Part shown: positions 12,964-27,364 of the stretch, in pieces | How positions within the stretch are numbered: the first letter of the stretch is position 1 | How the letters are laid out: the number at the start of each line of letters is the position of its first letter | Assembly: GCF_008831285.2 (NCBI RefSeq) | Contig: NC_045138.2 | Span: 36,704,001-36,768,000, forward strand | Origin: Nymphaea colorata | Lineage: Eukaryota | Length of the DNA: 64,000 nucleotides | Direction: 5' to 3' | Position numbers and translations under genes: made by a program | The notes under the pieces: generated by a model | What the model was told of the DNA's origin: nothing | Databases searched by the model: none | What the model saw: only the letters and a program-made list of their open reading frames with translations

Positions 12964-14790
12964 ACGGCTGTAATCATTAGTCGAGTTAGAAAGTTTTTGC
13001 TGAGAGACTCTAATTTAAAAATCTTTGATCGTTCAAATACATGCTAAAATGATTGAGAAATACCTTACACAAATAAGTAAACATAAATAAGGCAAATAGT
13101 TGAGGCTAATTACTAATAAATAATTAAATGAATTTAATGAGACTGCATAGGCAACTGCCCGCACAAGCCCACATGTGAGTCCACCCCTTATGTGGCCGAT
13201 TCAAGAGTGCTAACTGTTAATATTTAGCTGTCTTAAAGAGTATTCTAAAGATTTTCTTTTTTGAATTTTTTATTTTTAGAAAATATTTTTGACCTATTCC
13301 AGGCTTCCAGCTGAATTGGCAGCTTTACAGGTTCTGTTTATAAACCAATTTTCTTATACTAGAGGTTAGGTTTGATATATAAGCAAAATTATACCTTGGA
13401 TCTGCCTTTATATATGTATATATTTTGAACCGAGTTGGAAAGAAAGAACTTGAATGCTTAACAACTCCCCTAATGCGTGCTTTACTTTTCATAATTTATA
13501 TTATGCATAATTAATACAAAGTGGTAACTTAATTTATATTCTGCACGGCCAAATACGAATGCATCATAATATCCACCAACACAATGTTTTGAAAAATAAA
13601 TCATTTTTTAAATTTTCCAAATTATGTGTAAGCTATTTTTTATGTATGAAAAGGAGAAATATACCCATATGAGTTTCCAATAATTACAACAATATTTAGC
13701 CCAACATTTTCCCGTGTTTTGAATCAGAGGCATGCTAAATGATCCTAACAAGAAAGTGATTAAAACTTAATCAACATAAACACCTTGGGGCTTGTATAAC
13801 TGAGACATCATGCATATATGCTAATGTTTAAGTTCATTCTTGGATGGAACCAAGGAGAATGAGCAGTCACATACTTAAGGCCTTCCCCTGTTAGGAAGAT
13901 GAATGTGGAATGATCACTGTACTCAGCTGAAAGAGAAGATTACCAAGAAGTTGGCTGATTGTCAATCATGTACTCTGATGTCTAGAAAAGGACCATGTCT
14001 TCTGATTTTGTAATCAAGCTATACTCTCAAATGAAGTCTTAAAGTAAACCGATACAAACTTAAAAACAAAAAATGTTAGTTAAAAATACCAAGAACATAG
14101 TAAATATATATTAAAAAATGATTGCCCAATCTTTTCTCTTTCTTAAATGATTCACTTCATACCTTTATTCAATAGTTGTGAAAAGTAACTTTGATTTATA
14201 AAATTTAAATAGTTTTGTTATTTTTAAAACAAAAAGAACAGGTAACTGGCCTGCCTATGCTTTAGTGGGAGCTCGAACTAGGGAGACTTTGAAAATTATC
14301 GAGATTATTAGGTACACTTTTTAATGTACACTAATTCCGCTCCATTTTATTGAGATTTACTAAATTTAAAAATTAGATGCTAACATGGGGGAAAATATTA
14401 ATTCGAAATTTAAACGGAGACACTATTTTTTTATTTTTTTTTTCATGAGTTGGGTCCAAGACTCCAAATAGTGGCGTTGCTTCCCTTTGAAATTTTCGTA
14501 CAAGGCAGGGACCCGACGAGAAAATTGCATCTACGCGTCCAAAACTTTATGGTGGTCTGCATTTTCAAGTGCACCCAATCGTCCTTTCTTTCCAAGCAGC
14601 GAAATTTTCATTTGGATACGGTCCTCGTTCCCTCCACTCTCTGCACTCCCCGCCAATAACGGCCGGGGAATTGGTGGATGACACAGGAACCCCCGGAAAA
14701 TGGTGCAGAAAGCCTAGTTGTTCCTCTCAACATTAGGGTTGGCTTCAGACACGTCCGGCCAGAAAGGAGCCCCAATTGCTTCAACGGAAA

Positions 14791-17700
14791 ATGTCCGTCA
14801 TCTCGCCCGCCCTTCCCACTTACTTATCTAGGGTTACATCTGGCGGCGCCGCCAACTTCTCCTGCGGTGGAGCAGCAGGAGTTTCCGCGAGTATATCGAA
14901 ATGTGCGAGAGGGGTCGGCTTGTTGAAAGCAGAACTGGGGGAGGGTGGGAGGAGAGCTTGCGCGAAGAAGGGGAGGGGCCAGACTGCGGTCATTCACGAG
15001 GGGAGGTTCAAGGATAGCTGGGTGGCATCGCTTGCCTCTCCGGTCACTGGCCCGAGCGACAGCGGCGAAGAATCGCCGGCGGAGGAGACGGTGCAGAGAT
15101 GTGGTTGGGCGATCGGCGTCGACCCGGACGTATCTGGGGCCCTGGCGGTCATCAAAGGCGATTGGCCGGAGTGCTCTGCACAGGTAATTTTAGGGGTCTT
15201 TCTAGGGGTAGTTTTGAGAGAGCGTGCTTATTATTCTTCTGCATTCCGGTTTTCAGGGGCGCGTTCGTCATTTACCAACAGTTTGAAAGGTAATGGCGGG
15301 GTTTTACCTCTTGGTGTCCTTCAGGAGCAGGGGCCTTTTGGTCAGATGGAGTGTCGGAGCTGGCTCCTTTCTCCAGGTTGACGAAATTGCCCTTGCAAAT
15401 GGTGGGCACTCCATTTCAAACGACTGTAGAATTCTGGTTCTTCTGCCTGCGACACAACGTCGTTGTAACAAAGATTATAAATAATCATTAAATATTATGA
15501 TATTCTGTGCAGATATATCTGAAAACCACTTTCAGATCATGAACAATTAGTACTTCATTTTGATTCCTTATGTTTGTTTACATGTTGCTGTTTAGTTTGT
15601 GGTGCTGCCAATTGTCTAATCTTTTGCATGTACAGCCAATGTTCTTTTTTCCTTTTGGTGCCTACTTCTTTGAATTCCTTTCTTCTGCTTTTCTATTGCC
15701 GGACGGTAAAGGTAAGACTACCCTTGTTGGTAGGTTTTTGATAGCCCTTACTTGCAAGCATCTGTTGGGAAGAGACTGCGGAAGCGGCTTGATGCGAAGG
15801 CCATTGTTCAGTTACTCCGTACCTTCAATGCACCAGTAGGTATGATGGTTTCTCCTCTGTCCGTCGAGGATTGAATTACATGTACATGGTGAAGATGTGT
15901 GATTGGTGTTTTATAAACGACTGGTTGCACTTATCAGTATCATGAAAAATTCAGTTTTTGAAAACCATCGATTGTCATGTCCTTTTATTTTTCCCTCCTA
16001 TGTGGGGAAAATATTTGTTCCTGTGCATCGGAAAATCATCAATTCATGCACATAACAAACACATGCATATATGTATTTGACTCTCAATTATCATAAAGAT
16101 GTGGACATTGTTTAGAGATCATATGTTCATATTTATTTACTTATTTATTTGAATGAAATACTTAAATCTTTCAGGGACCACTGCATATATCGAGCAATCA
16201 ATACCGTTTCCAAAAGATGGCAAGCAGGTAATTCTTTCTTAAAATCTGTTTTCAACATAGATTATGTGATGGGGTGATGGTGTTATTTTTATTTTTACTT
16301 TTTGTGGACCTCTTTCCCCATACTTCCACCTGGTAAGTTCTCTCATGCTAGTTACCTCATCAACGTGATAGACGAACTATTAATTTTCTTTGCCACAATA
16401 TCGTCATGTTCTTCAGATGCCTTTTCAATACCATGATGGTCATCAAAAGAATCACGGCGATCAGCATTATTATCATCTTATTATAATTCCTTATTATCGA
16501 CATTACTATTCCCATTAATTTTCTTCAGTTACCAAATTATCAGCTGTATCATCCGGAACAACTTGACTTGAAGCACGACCATCCTAAGCATTCATTACAA
16601 CTGCGCCAAGGCTTGTGCTGATATTTTTATATTGTTGATTATATTGAACAGGAAAAATCCACCACCACCATTATCATCATGAAGTAATAGTAATACAACG
16701 ACCATGACCAGCCTTCTCTCTCTTTATCTGTCTGTTTGTCACTTTGTCCATCTCTCTCTCTGACTCTCTCTCTCTCCATATATATATATATATCTCTCTC
16801 TCTGTGTGTGTGTGTGTATTACACGTGTGTGAGTGTGAAAAATGAGTAAATGAGACTGGACTTTTCAATGCCCCTTTCCCTCGTAAGCTTCACCAATCCT
16901 AGGATGCAAAGGATGGTCGTGAAAAAGAGAATACAAAAAATAAGGGGTATAGAGAAAAAGGTGAGTTAGTGAGACAAGAAAAGGGTTGGAAAAACCACCA
17001 ACCTAGACACGCTTTACGTCTCCATGAATATACATATCAAAGAAATGTCAGCTTTGCTACGTTACTAACTTATTACTGTGAAGTATTCCTGCCCTCTGCC
17101 TTCAGAGGTGGAATGACATAATAGAACTAACCAAAGTTTGTTCTACTGTTTACTAGGGCTGGTGGAGTGGAGGATTTGGATATGGATTATGGATAGGTAT
17201 ACTGGTTGCCACTGGTTTTTCTGTTATTCCTGTGCCATCTATTCTTTGGAAGACTCATTTTGAACTTGCAGGAAGTTCCTCAAGTAAGGTTTGTCTTTAG
17301 TCTTTAATTTTCTTTTGGAGAATGTGTGCTTTAACATTGAGTTTTATTAGTATATGAAAGGGGCAAAAATTGCTCTATTACGTGACAACCTTCTGACACG
17401 ATTATTAAGGTTTATAAGTGTACTCATGGTTGGGTATGTATACAAGGAGAGTAGCACATAGATGTTAATCCGGTCAAAGCAGTGGTCTCTTTGATCTCAG
17501 ACATGTTGGATCCTTCTTTTAGGGTCCACTATGTAATGTACATAGAAAAACACTGGATCTAAGTTCCCCCAGAAACAGGGATATGAATGTTTTGCTATCA
17601 CGGACTTAATCAAGCACATCTGGTAGGAACACAAAATTCCTTCCTAAAAGCTTTGATGGCATCTGGAAAGCCCTACCTTTTCTAGTCCAGGGACGAGAAT

Positions 17701-19238
17701 GGTCCCTGTCAAACAGGAAGGATCTGTTTTCCTTAGGGTAAATGGTTAAACGTCTGTGCCAGCTATACCTAAATGAGGAATTTAAAATCATTGTGGTCAT
17801 CTTAGAAGGTTTCATTGGTTTGTCCAGGAAAGAGAATGCATTTAAACAATGATGCATGATTCTGTGTTTGATCTGCATTCTTTTCTTTTGTTGGTCTCTA
17901 GCAAATTGGATATAGAAAATCGCTAATTCAATGCTTACATATTTGTTTGGATAGTTGATACTGATAATTTGAACATGTCACAATATTATTTCCATTTTGA
18001 ACCAAGCCTGTTAATTAGACAGAACATCATAATATTTAAAGGCAAAGGCACAGATTGTCTGAACTATCTCATGGCATTTTGGAGTAACATGAAGAATTGC
18101 TTTCTTTGGCTGCCTGTATTCCTAGGGAAAATGCTCTCAAGTAGATCTGTACCTATAACCTGTAACAGTTCTGACTTTGGATATGTACAGCAATTGGTCA
18201 CCCTCGGATTCAGTAAACAACACACTATGGAGAAGAAAAATGTTATGTTAAAGATATGATTGGATTTTCCTTTCACCAGTCAGCTCAATATTTTTTCCTT
18301 CTGCCAGGACTTCAACTACTTTGTCTTTGTATACTATCTCGCAAGGGATAATGCTTTTACTTTGCATTCATGAGCATTTTTCACAGTTGACAATTGTCCA
18401 AATGACAAGAATTAGCTGGTGACACTTGTCGCAACAAAAGATATCAGAATTTGGATAAGGTTATTGAGCTGTGGACTATGTGTAGCAAGAATACTGCAGC
18501 TGAAATTATGGTTAACCAGAACAAGAAAATGCAGAAATCTAGCTGTTGCTGTGTATGGCTGTTGCAGTTAGGTCCACTGACCACCAATGACCAACCATCA
18601 GTACCGATGAACTTAACTACCTTTATCTCTTTATTAAATTGTCTTTCATGGTTTCCTTATAAAAGCAAGGAGTACCTTTTAAGAGTTTGTATTCAAACTT
18701 GATGCATTTGACTCTTGATTCATTTTTTGTGCATTTTTCTAGCATCCTAAATGTGTATTAGAGGCATTACCGGTTATATGTAGAAAATAAAGTTGTCATT
18801 GATGATATCCTGAGCTCTCCTGGACGTCTTTGTAATTAATTAGGTGGACTCATGTTCCAGCAAAGGTGCTTGAATGTTTTGACAGGATGACAGCAGGAAG
18901 GCAGCTTGTGAGTTATTTCCTTCATTGAGTTCCATGTTAAGGAGAAAAATGGACCATGGTAAGTGTCACTCTTGCACCCATTTTCTTATCACTTGCTACT
19001 GTCTCACATTTCCGTGACTTGCGTATATAAAGTTATAAACTACAAAAATGTGGACACCATATTGTCTTGACTTGTCTGTTGGTTTCAATATGCTTCTTAC
19101 CCTTGCTTTTTTTTTCTCTCTCTCTGACGATGATAATAAAACTCTCCAAATGCAGGTCGAGCGGAGGCTTTATTAATTGCTGCTTATGGGAAGGGTCTGA
19201 GAAGAGTGCAAGAAATATCTAGTTCTGACATGACTTAG
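14791..19238 (+). CDS. MOC1: Holliday junction resolvase MOC1 (RuvC-like, organellar), 279 aa
   Basis: Exons 14791-15183, 15734-15839, 16175-16227, 17157-17288, 18886-18958, 19156-19238; all GT-AG, total 840 nt in frame. Motifs [68 protein letters not shown]. Ser/Gly-rich, transit-peptide-like N-terminus. Confidence 0.92.
16751..16817. repeat. Compound microsatellite (TC)n(TA)n(TC)n(TG)n in MOC1 intron 3
   Basis: Read directly from the sequence. Confidence 0.9.
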
Positions 19239-19596
19239 TAGGAACCATTTCTGTTCTGAATGGGTGCCCCTATTCCTTTTTCTTCTCCAATTTCCCCTTG
19301 TGATTGTTGTGTATTTTTTATTGGGTTTTTATCTATTGATATGGGGAAGATCTTGTTCCCTAGTTCAGTATCTCACATCGGTCAATTTCTGTATGATGAT
19401 TCTGATGATTTTGTTGTGCAATTGGCATTTTCATTTTAGTTGCCCTTATCGATCTCCTTTTTCTAGCGTCCCATAATTGTCTGTCAAACTGGAAATATTG
19501 ATGACCTTGACCTCATGGGGTTTGAAAATTAAAATCATGAAACCATTTCGCTAAAGTGCATACAAAGAAACGCATACAGTGTGTCTAGCACACATC

Positions 19597-21185
19597 TCAT
19601 GGTGAATTGAAGGATGCCCGTTCTTCCTGAATTCTGTAAGGTAAGTTGAGGAAGATAAACATTTTCACCAAGATGCTTCGTCTGCTTGATGATACCTTGG
19701 ATTCTTCTACGGCTCTGCTTCAATTTTGATTGTAGGTATCTACTTTGTGAAGGATAGCTCCGGAAGAAAACCCGAGCCCTTTTCAAGTTTACTTTATTAA
19801 TAATCCAGTCTCTCCAGTCGTTTGCAGACCCTGTATCCGTTGCCATGTTAACTGTTCCTCCTTCGTGATGCAAAGCATGAAAGGAGCTAGTTGGCAGAAA
19901 AGGATTCAAACGTGGGTTTCCAAACAATCGCCTGTGGGTCCCTGATATTGTCTGGTTTGTGGGGCATGTATTTTAGAGATTGCAGTTGGTTAAATACCGT
20001 TTGGCTCTCCGCCATTCTTCTGAACAATGGATTGATAGCCTAGATGGTATGCTGCAGAGGCAGAGGCACTTTACGATAACTTACATGGTCCATGCAACCT
20101 TTGACGCAACATATCTTAGTAGTTTGAAGTCCGAAGGTTTGTTGTTTTTCCCCGTCAGGACTCCACCAATGCCCAGCATTGAAAACTGGGACATCTTAAC
20201 TTTGCCGTTGTGTTAAAAACAAGTATGCTACTAAAATTTGGTCGGCTCTGATCGCCCTCCGCGACTTATCTGAAGATTTTTAGGAGGGCGACCTAAAGCT
20301 ACTAGGTAGGGGTCCCTGTACTACTGTATTCTGCAACTGAATTCTTCAAGCGTGTTGGCTAGCTAATGGTTATGCTGGCGTGGGGTATTTTCCTTCACCT
20401 GCTTAATGGTTGTCTTGTTGGACAATTGAAAGTGCTTCTGCAAGCATGCAAATCAAGGATTGCCATTGGTTTCTACAGATGGAAACTACAAACACAGTTG
20501 GTCCTTTCTGCTTCTCCCATCTCTGGCACGGGGTCTGTAATGTAAGCCGCATTCGTACAAGCAACGCGAATTTTACTGCAGGAGAAATGGAAAACGATGT
20601 TCTGCTCAAAACTTCATGTGGTTATCTAACCGAACATTAGTTTGAACACCGAGGCCGGGAGAGCAGTCGGACGTGCCTGAGTTTCTGATCGTCGTTGGAT
20701 GAAGATTTCAAACTGACCAACTGACCAGGGTAGGGATGAATTCTTTGGGTCCAGTTCGTCACAAAATGACCAAGATTAACTAATATGTTCCGACTCAAGC
20801 TGATGATTTGGACTAAAAATCTGGCTGAAAGCAAGTCCCTGCCGAACTCACCTTGGCCTGAATCAACTGAACGCAGGAAGGAGGGTCTCGTAACTGCTTT
20901 CTTTTGGCCGCAGCAGCGTCTGAAGCCGCATAGGGTCAGCCATTTAAGCTGCTATCCTTATACCGCAGGCTTGATATGCTGCCCAAGTTAGCATTTGGAT
21001 CTGAGCAAAGTTTGAGGAGGTTTCTGAACTGAAACTGCTTGGATGTGAACCGAGTACGACACCGAACGCACTGTAAGTTGTTGCTGGAAGGCACCGAATA
21101 CACTGAAGGAGGCAGTGGAGCACAAGATCACGAAGAAGGTGGATGTGGAGATGAGGAGAAAGTCCTTCCTTTAGAGCAGGGCCAT
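19597..21185 (-). pseudogene. Decayed tandem duplicate of the neighbouring TBL gene
   Basis: Colinear similarity to 23056-25056 in exons, intron 2 and the 5' flank. ATG GCC CTG CTC TAA stop precedes the FLLISTS segment. GDS motif corrupted (VFVVSICRNQWQSLICML), further stops and frameshifts, truncated before the DCSHW motif. Confidence 0.85.
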
Positions 21186-23055
21186 GCAGGTACAATCCCA
21201 TCTAGCAGATAAAGGTCGATAAAACTAGGCGTGTCCGTAGGTGAGTGACTTTCACGTCGGCATGGACTCTCATGGTGTCTCGTTAGTTCCGTTCATTCGC
21301 TGCCCAGTTTTACTCACTTAAAATAAGATAAGTTGGCAGTTCAGGCGGGGGGCCTGACCACATACACATTCTCCTATAGACAACCTAGTGTTAATTTTCT
21401 TATCTCAATGTCTGGAAGAACATGGGAAAATTAGAATTATTCTTCCCATCTTTTTCCTTCTCTGTTTTAGCTGAATAGACGAGCTCATGAGTTAGGTTAC
21501 TGACTGGTGCAAACTATGATTCTCCTACTGTTTTCTGCAACCCAAGTTCGATTGTTTATCTTTTAGTTAGTCGGCGTCTCCTTGGATCAGCTTTGCCGAC
21601 ATTTATATACCAATACATGCTCTCTTTCCGACTTCCTTTTAGTTCGTTCCAAGTTGGTTCTACGGTTGCCGTTCAATTGCAGTTGACCTGACGGTTGAAG
21701 CAAAACTCGGAGAAATTTGCCTTTGTCGGCGCGTCAGATACGGTATACTTGCGGAAATACATGTAATAATACCTTCACCCGAATTTGGTCTTCCTGGTGT
21801 GAATAGTCTATGCCTATTGGACCACCAATATACATGGTTCTATAGTACAAGACAAGTTAACAATGAGTACAGAACCCTTCTTTTCCTTCATTTACTAAAG
21901 TGAGGGTAGTAGGACCATTCCATGTCTGAGAAGATGGGCATTTACAAGGTTAAGTGAGCAATTGCTTACAACCGTAGCTAAAGCCATGCTGGGAATAGCC
22001 CCACTTGCTGTCTTGGGTAGGGCCAGCAAATGAACCAAACAAACGGAACAACGTTGTTCTACAAACCCATCATAGATGAGGCCAGATATCCCAACCCAAG
22101 ACAGCACATTGGTTTTCTTTTATACATTTAAAAAAAAAAAGGAATTGAAATCAACCTGCTACTTCTATAGTCGCCTTGTTGTTTTTTTATTTTATATCAC
22201 TAAAAATCATCATAAAAAGTACATACCATTACTAAAAATTGTAGACAAGCAACTGACCGTGTCAATGCATATCTTTTGTGATGGTTTTTAACCATACAAA
22301 ATTAAAAAAAAAAAAAAACTATCCTACTAACATAGTATATCTATGTGTGACCACGCACATTAAACCTTTACTTTTCTCTGAATCGTAACAATTATATAAT
22401 TTTCATAGTGTGCATTTAATGATGAGATAAAATAAACTTACAGTCAAAGGTGCAGACCGAAATAAATACAGAGATTGAATCAAATAGGTGCGGTTGTCAA
22501 TTCCGTGAAGTATCTGATTCAGCAATTTAGTTGAATCAATTATAAATGGGCAAAGGATTTCACCATATACATTAAAACAACAATAAAAATAATTAAAACT
22601 TTAAAATTACTTGACACATGGCACTCTTGATTTCATTGAAAAATCAAATTCATTTGCCACAAATTTAGCATCAATCAGCCGATTTGAACAACATTGGTCC
22701 TCCTATTGGGTAGCAACGATATAATGCCCTTATGAACAGAGCTGTCTTCTGAATTGCTTTTAATTATCAGAATTATACATTTTGGATTGATTTTGGGATG
22801 TCCTTCGACCTCTCATATTGGTGAAATTCTGACCATCCATGGTTTTCTTGCGCAGTTCGCAGACCTCGCCTTTCCAACTTGGTTGCTTGGGGGAACCATT
22901 GATTTTGCTATTCTTTATCCTTGTTTGGGGGAAGCATTGATGGACCTGACCTGCGACATTCCCGTTATGGGGCTCTCGAAAATTAAGAACAAGTGAACTG
23001 GTCGGCGGCGGTGTATACACACTATGAAATACACACAACATTTTCGGTATACCAT

Positions 23056-25056
23056 CTAAACATTTAATCTTCCTTCATCACGTTGTCTTCTGATTCTGTA
23101 GCCGCTAGACAGCAAATGGGCATAGAGAATTTCATTCCATGCGTCCGGCACTCCCGGTAAGCACCAGTGGCTGCAATCTTCGATAATTGGTTCCGGCGTC
23201 CCTGGTTCACGGTGAAGTGAAGGATGCCCATCATTCCTGAACTCTGTCAAGTATGTTATGTTTAGAAATATGACATTTTCACTAACGTGCTTCATCTGCT
23301 TGATGGTATCATGGATTATCTCATTATGCCATGGCTCTGCTTCGAGTCTTGTGGAGTTTGTTTGAGGTTGTCTGTTGTCGTGGCAGGTCCCTCCTTCATT
23401 CCATGTCCCACTGCAGATTTTGTTGGCAAATTATTCTGCGTCTCGAATGAGTATCGATATGTAGAGTAACAGGATAACGTTTCTTACTTGAAGTGGACTG
23501 AGGAATAGCTCCGGAAGAAAACGTAACTCTTTTGTATGTCTACTTTTTGAAAAACCCAGTGCTTCCAAGTCTGTAATGACTTCTTGAATGCAGACTTTGT
23601 ATCCATCGTCATGTTAACTGCTCCTCCTTCCTGGAAAAAAGTACCTCTGTTGCATAGGAGAAAAGGGAGTAAGTAACTCGAAAAGATTAAAAGTAAGTTT
23701 CAGACAACTGTGTCCCGTGGGTCCTGGATATCATCTGCTGTCTGGACAATGCATTTTAGAAATTGCAGTTGTTTAAAGACCATTGACTCCTGCCAGCCAT
23801 CTGAACAACGGATTAATGGTCCAGATGATATCTAGCAAGGCACTTTATGGTAAGTTAAAAATGGCTCAAATAGCCTATTGAACAACATACGCTAACATTT
23901 TTCAATGAAGAAGGTTGTACATACTGGTTTTTTGTTTTGTCAGCAGTCCACCAATGCCCAGCATTAAAAACTAGAACATCTGAATTTCTCCATTTTGTGG
24001 AAAACCAGTGAAGATGATCAACTCTAACAGCTCTCTGAATGTCTTCTGAAGAATTCTTCGGAGGGCGGCCTACGGCCACCAGATAGGGGTCCCTGTAGTA
24101 CTCTATGCTGCAATTGAATTCTTCAAACTTGATGGCCAGATAACCCTTATGTTTAGTTATCGGATTTCCATTTATTTCATATATGGCTGAGCTGTTTGAA
24201 ACTGCCTGTGAGAGCATGCAGATCAAGGACTCCCATTGGTTTCTGCCGATGGAATCGCCTGCAAACACGAATCGGCCGTTTCTGCTTCTCTCTAGCAAAT
24301 CTCTGGCATTGAATCTGTAGAACAAACCAAAGCAGAACAGGGTAAATTCAACTGGGTATGGTTGGATTGCAAGATACGGGGAAGAAGGGTAGGACCCAAG
24401 TGGCTTAAGTGAGTCTTTCGCTAGCCTTCCAGCAATTTGGTGAACAAAACCTGCCTCAATTATAGACAGATGCAACTTCGTGGAACCATGCAAGATGCTT
24501 CAACCGAAGTAAAACTCACCCCTGTTGTGTAAGCGTAAGCTTTCTAATTTGGTTCAAACAACAGAAGTCGAGTACTGACGAAATTGAAAACAATTGACGT
24601 GAAGTACTTAGAAATTAGACGCCAAATTTCTTCAGATTAAGATTCTCACTTTGGGAGGTCACATCCAAACGGCTGCCATCTCCATTTTTGATAATCCAAG
24701 TCCTTCCTTCCATTTTGTTGGCACCTGAATCCAGGATCAAGAAATGGGCAATCCTCTTTATAATGGAGCCCCTGGTAGTCCTCATCGTAGACCCATCTCC
24801 CATTGGAGTAATCACAACCTTCCTCAACTACTGCAGATTGCTTCGGCATTGAGCTGAAAGATAGGTATCCGAGACGGAGGAGAGGGTGTAGCTGGAAGAC
24901 ACCGAACGCATCGAGGAAGACAAGGCAGGACAAGATGACCAAGAAGATGGATGTGGAAATGAGGAGAAAATGAGAGATAATTGAGTCTCTTCTGAGGTAG
25001 TGGAAGCTGCACAGAGAACTTCTGTGAGATGGATTGTGAGACATTAGCGTTTCCAT
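23056..25056 (-). CDS. TBL: Trichome birefringence-like (TBL8/TBL9-like) polysaccharide O-acetyltransferase, 436 aa
   Basis: Exons 25056-24650, 24314-23925, 23646-23488, 23410-23056; GT-AG, 1311 nt in frame. N-terminal TM anchor, PMR5N (CDYSNGRWV...CPFLDPGFRCQQNGRKD...WRWQPFGCDLP), GDS motif (FAGDSIGRNQWESL), DxxH motif (DCSHWCLPGVPDAWN). Confidence 0.94.
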
Positions 25057-26135
25057 GACCACAGAGCTTCCATCTAGTAGAAAATGTCAAAGGAGATGAA
25101 ACTAGGCGTGTCGGCAAGGTGAGTGGTTTTCATATGAGAGAGAGAGATAGGGAGGTGACATCGTCTGGTTCTTACGGTGTGCCGTTGGTTCCGTTGGCTG
25201 ACCGCCTAATTATAGGAGTCAGCTTCACCAGGTAAGAACCATTTCTTGTGCTTGAAGCTCGTGTCCATTGGATCTTGTGTGGATCTTACTAGCCATACTC
25301 AAGAAAGCAAAAATTGCCCTTGATTTAAGCGGCATTTGAATGCGCTAGCTTGTCCTTGACGGCGAGTTTGATTGCTCGAATAACTCGTCTTCAAAGACAA
25401 GGAGTCCGAGCACTGCACTAACCATTCAAACACTAAAAGAACAATCCTAAATAACCCCTTCTCCCTTTACGCTTGCAATGTCCGAAAGTCTTTATTGAAC
25501 ACGAAAATCCAGTAACTTTTGCTTCTGGATTTACTCATCAGCAACAAATATTTAAGTGATAAAGCATGTTCTAAAGTGGGATAAGTTGGCAATTTGGATG
25601 TGGAATAATAATACTACTGCCAGTGGTCAGTTTGGCTCTGAGTTGGTTCCCAGAGACTTTTTTCTTCATATATTTTCGGACAGTAACCAAACCATTCTTC
25701 CTACTCGAGCCCTGTGGATCAGGCCCACTTCATTCACCTCAATCTTAGGCTTCAAGGTTTGTTTCAACTGGTCCTCGTAGGTTTACTGACAGTCCTAGAT
25801 TGGTGCCGCTCCCTAAGCATCTGAATGACCACTTTTCGTCGTGATTTTTCCTTACTCAAGAAGTTACATTGTAAAGAAGAAATATGGGTGCATGTGCCAC
25901 TTTTAAAGGAAAGATCATTCTCCGTCTTTTCGTTCTGCTTATTCTCCTTTTTGAAGATCTGAATTGGGCAGAGTTCTTGAAATTTTACCAAGTTGGTGAC
26001 TACCAGTGTCAAACCTTACCCTAATCTTGGGTTGATCCCTTTCCCAGTTATGACATCCCTATACCAAAACCAATCCGACCAGGTTCAGTAAGAAAATAGG
26101 GGTAATCATTCATCTGATTAAGATTTGAATTTCTT

Positions 26136-26170
<35 letters not shown>

Positions 26171-27364
26171 CAGAAAGGAATTTTTTTTTCTGGGTATTAT
26201 GGTCCTTTTTCAAAAAAAGGAAAAGGTGGAATACGATTTCCTTTGGTAAAAGAGCTGATAACAGGCATATCTTTTCGAGGTCGATTTGATATTTGAAAAT
26301 CACATTTAAAAACATCTGGTCAGGTCTCAATCTGAACCAAATGCATTCTTCTTACATCCATAATCCTTCATGAAAAACGATACAAAATATTCTCTGTACG
26401 CTTCTGTTTCCTACAGTTTGGGAGAGACGGGTAATCCTTCTCCGGAATTTTGCGTAAATTTACCAAAGGTTAGATTAATGGCGGCAGATGCTATATCGCT
26501 GAGTGGTTGCGGAATAACACTTTTTCTTTTTGCTTTTCCTTTTCGTTTGATTTATCTTTTACATGTGGAAGATGTCATGTGATTCAACTAGGCCTTATTA
26601 TAAGCCCTCACCGACAAAAATGTCAGGTTTATGCCTGTCATTTTAGGTAAACTCTTCAAGTTTCAGCTTTTTTATGAAAGACGAAGTCATACTCATGGTA
26701 CTGAAAGGATTACCAGATGGGTGGGTGGTCTAAAACTGCTGGGGACGAGTTGTTGATAAACAAAAGCTAAGATGTGTATTTAAAGCCGACAAAAGTTGGT
26801 TGTCACCTGCCTGGGTGCTTTCAAGGTGAAAACGGTGAAGAATTTAATGCTTTGGATGCATCCCTGCGGCATGATTTGGTAAATTTCCACTTAATCCCAA
26901 CTCAGCAATTGAGGAAAAATGACGACGAGTCTTTGAAATCATCCCAGAATCAAATTATGCAAATTGTCGCAACCTTGGCTCATCTTGCACCTTCATCGCT
27001 CAAATATGTGAGATCGAATCGTGGAAGGTGCCACCTTGAAAGAGAAAAAGGGTGGGTGGTATAGGAATGTGTGGTTGCTCTTCTTTCCCCCAAGGGGCGA
27101 ACCCCAAGTTGCACATGAATGGAAGAAAACATGTGTTTTCTGCTACATCAAGCAACGGAGGCAAGCAGCCTTCATGGAGAGCTCACGTACTAAAAGAGGA
27201 TGAAAGAAAACATTTGAGAAAGGAAGCAACTTCAAAGAGATAAATCACGGAGAAATAAAAACTAGAAATCCTACAGACAACCCAATTTTGTACTGGAGAC
27301 GACGAGACAAGGTAAATCAAGAAACACCATTTGAAAGAAAAAGGAAAAGAAGACCTAGTGCTTG

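Noticed and set aside
15184..15381. Read-through of the MOC1 exon-1 ORF
   Set aside because: A strong CAG|GTAATT donor at 15183/15184 and in-frame downstream exons explain it as intron sequence.
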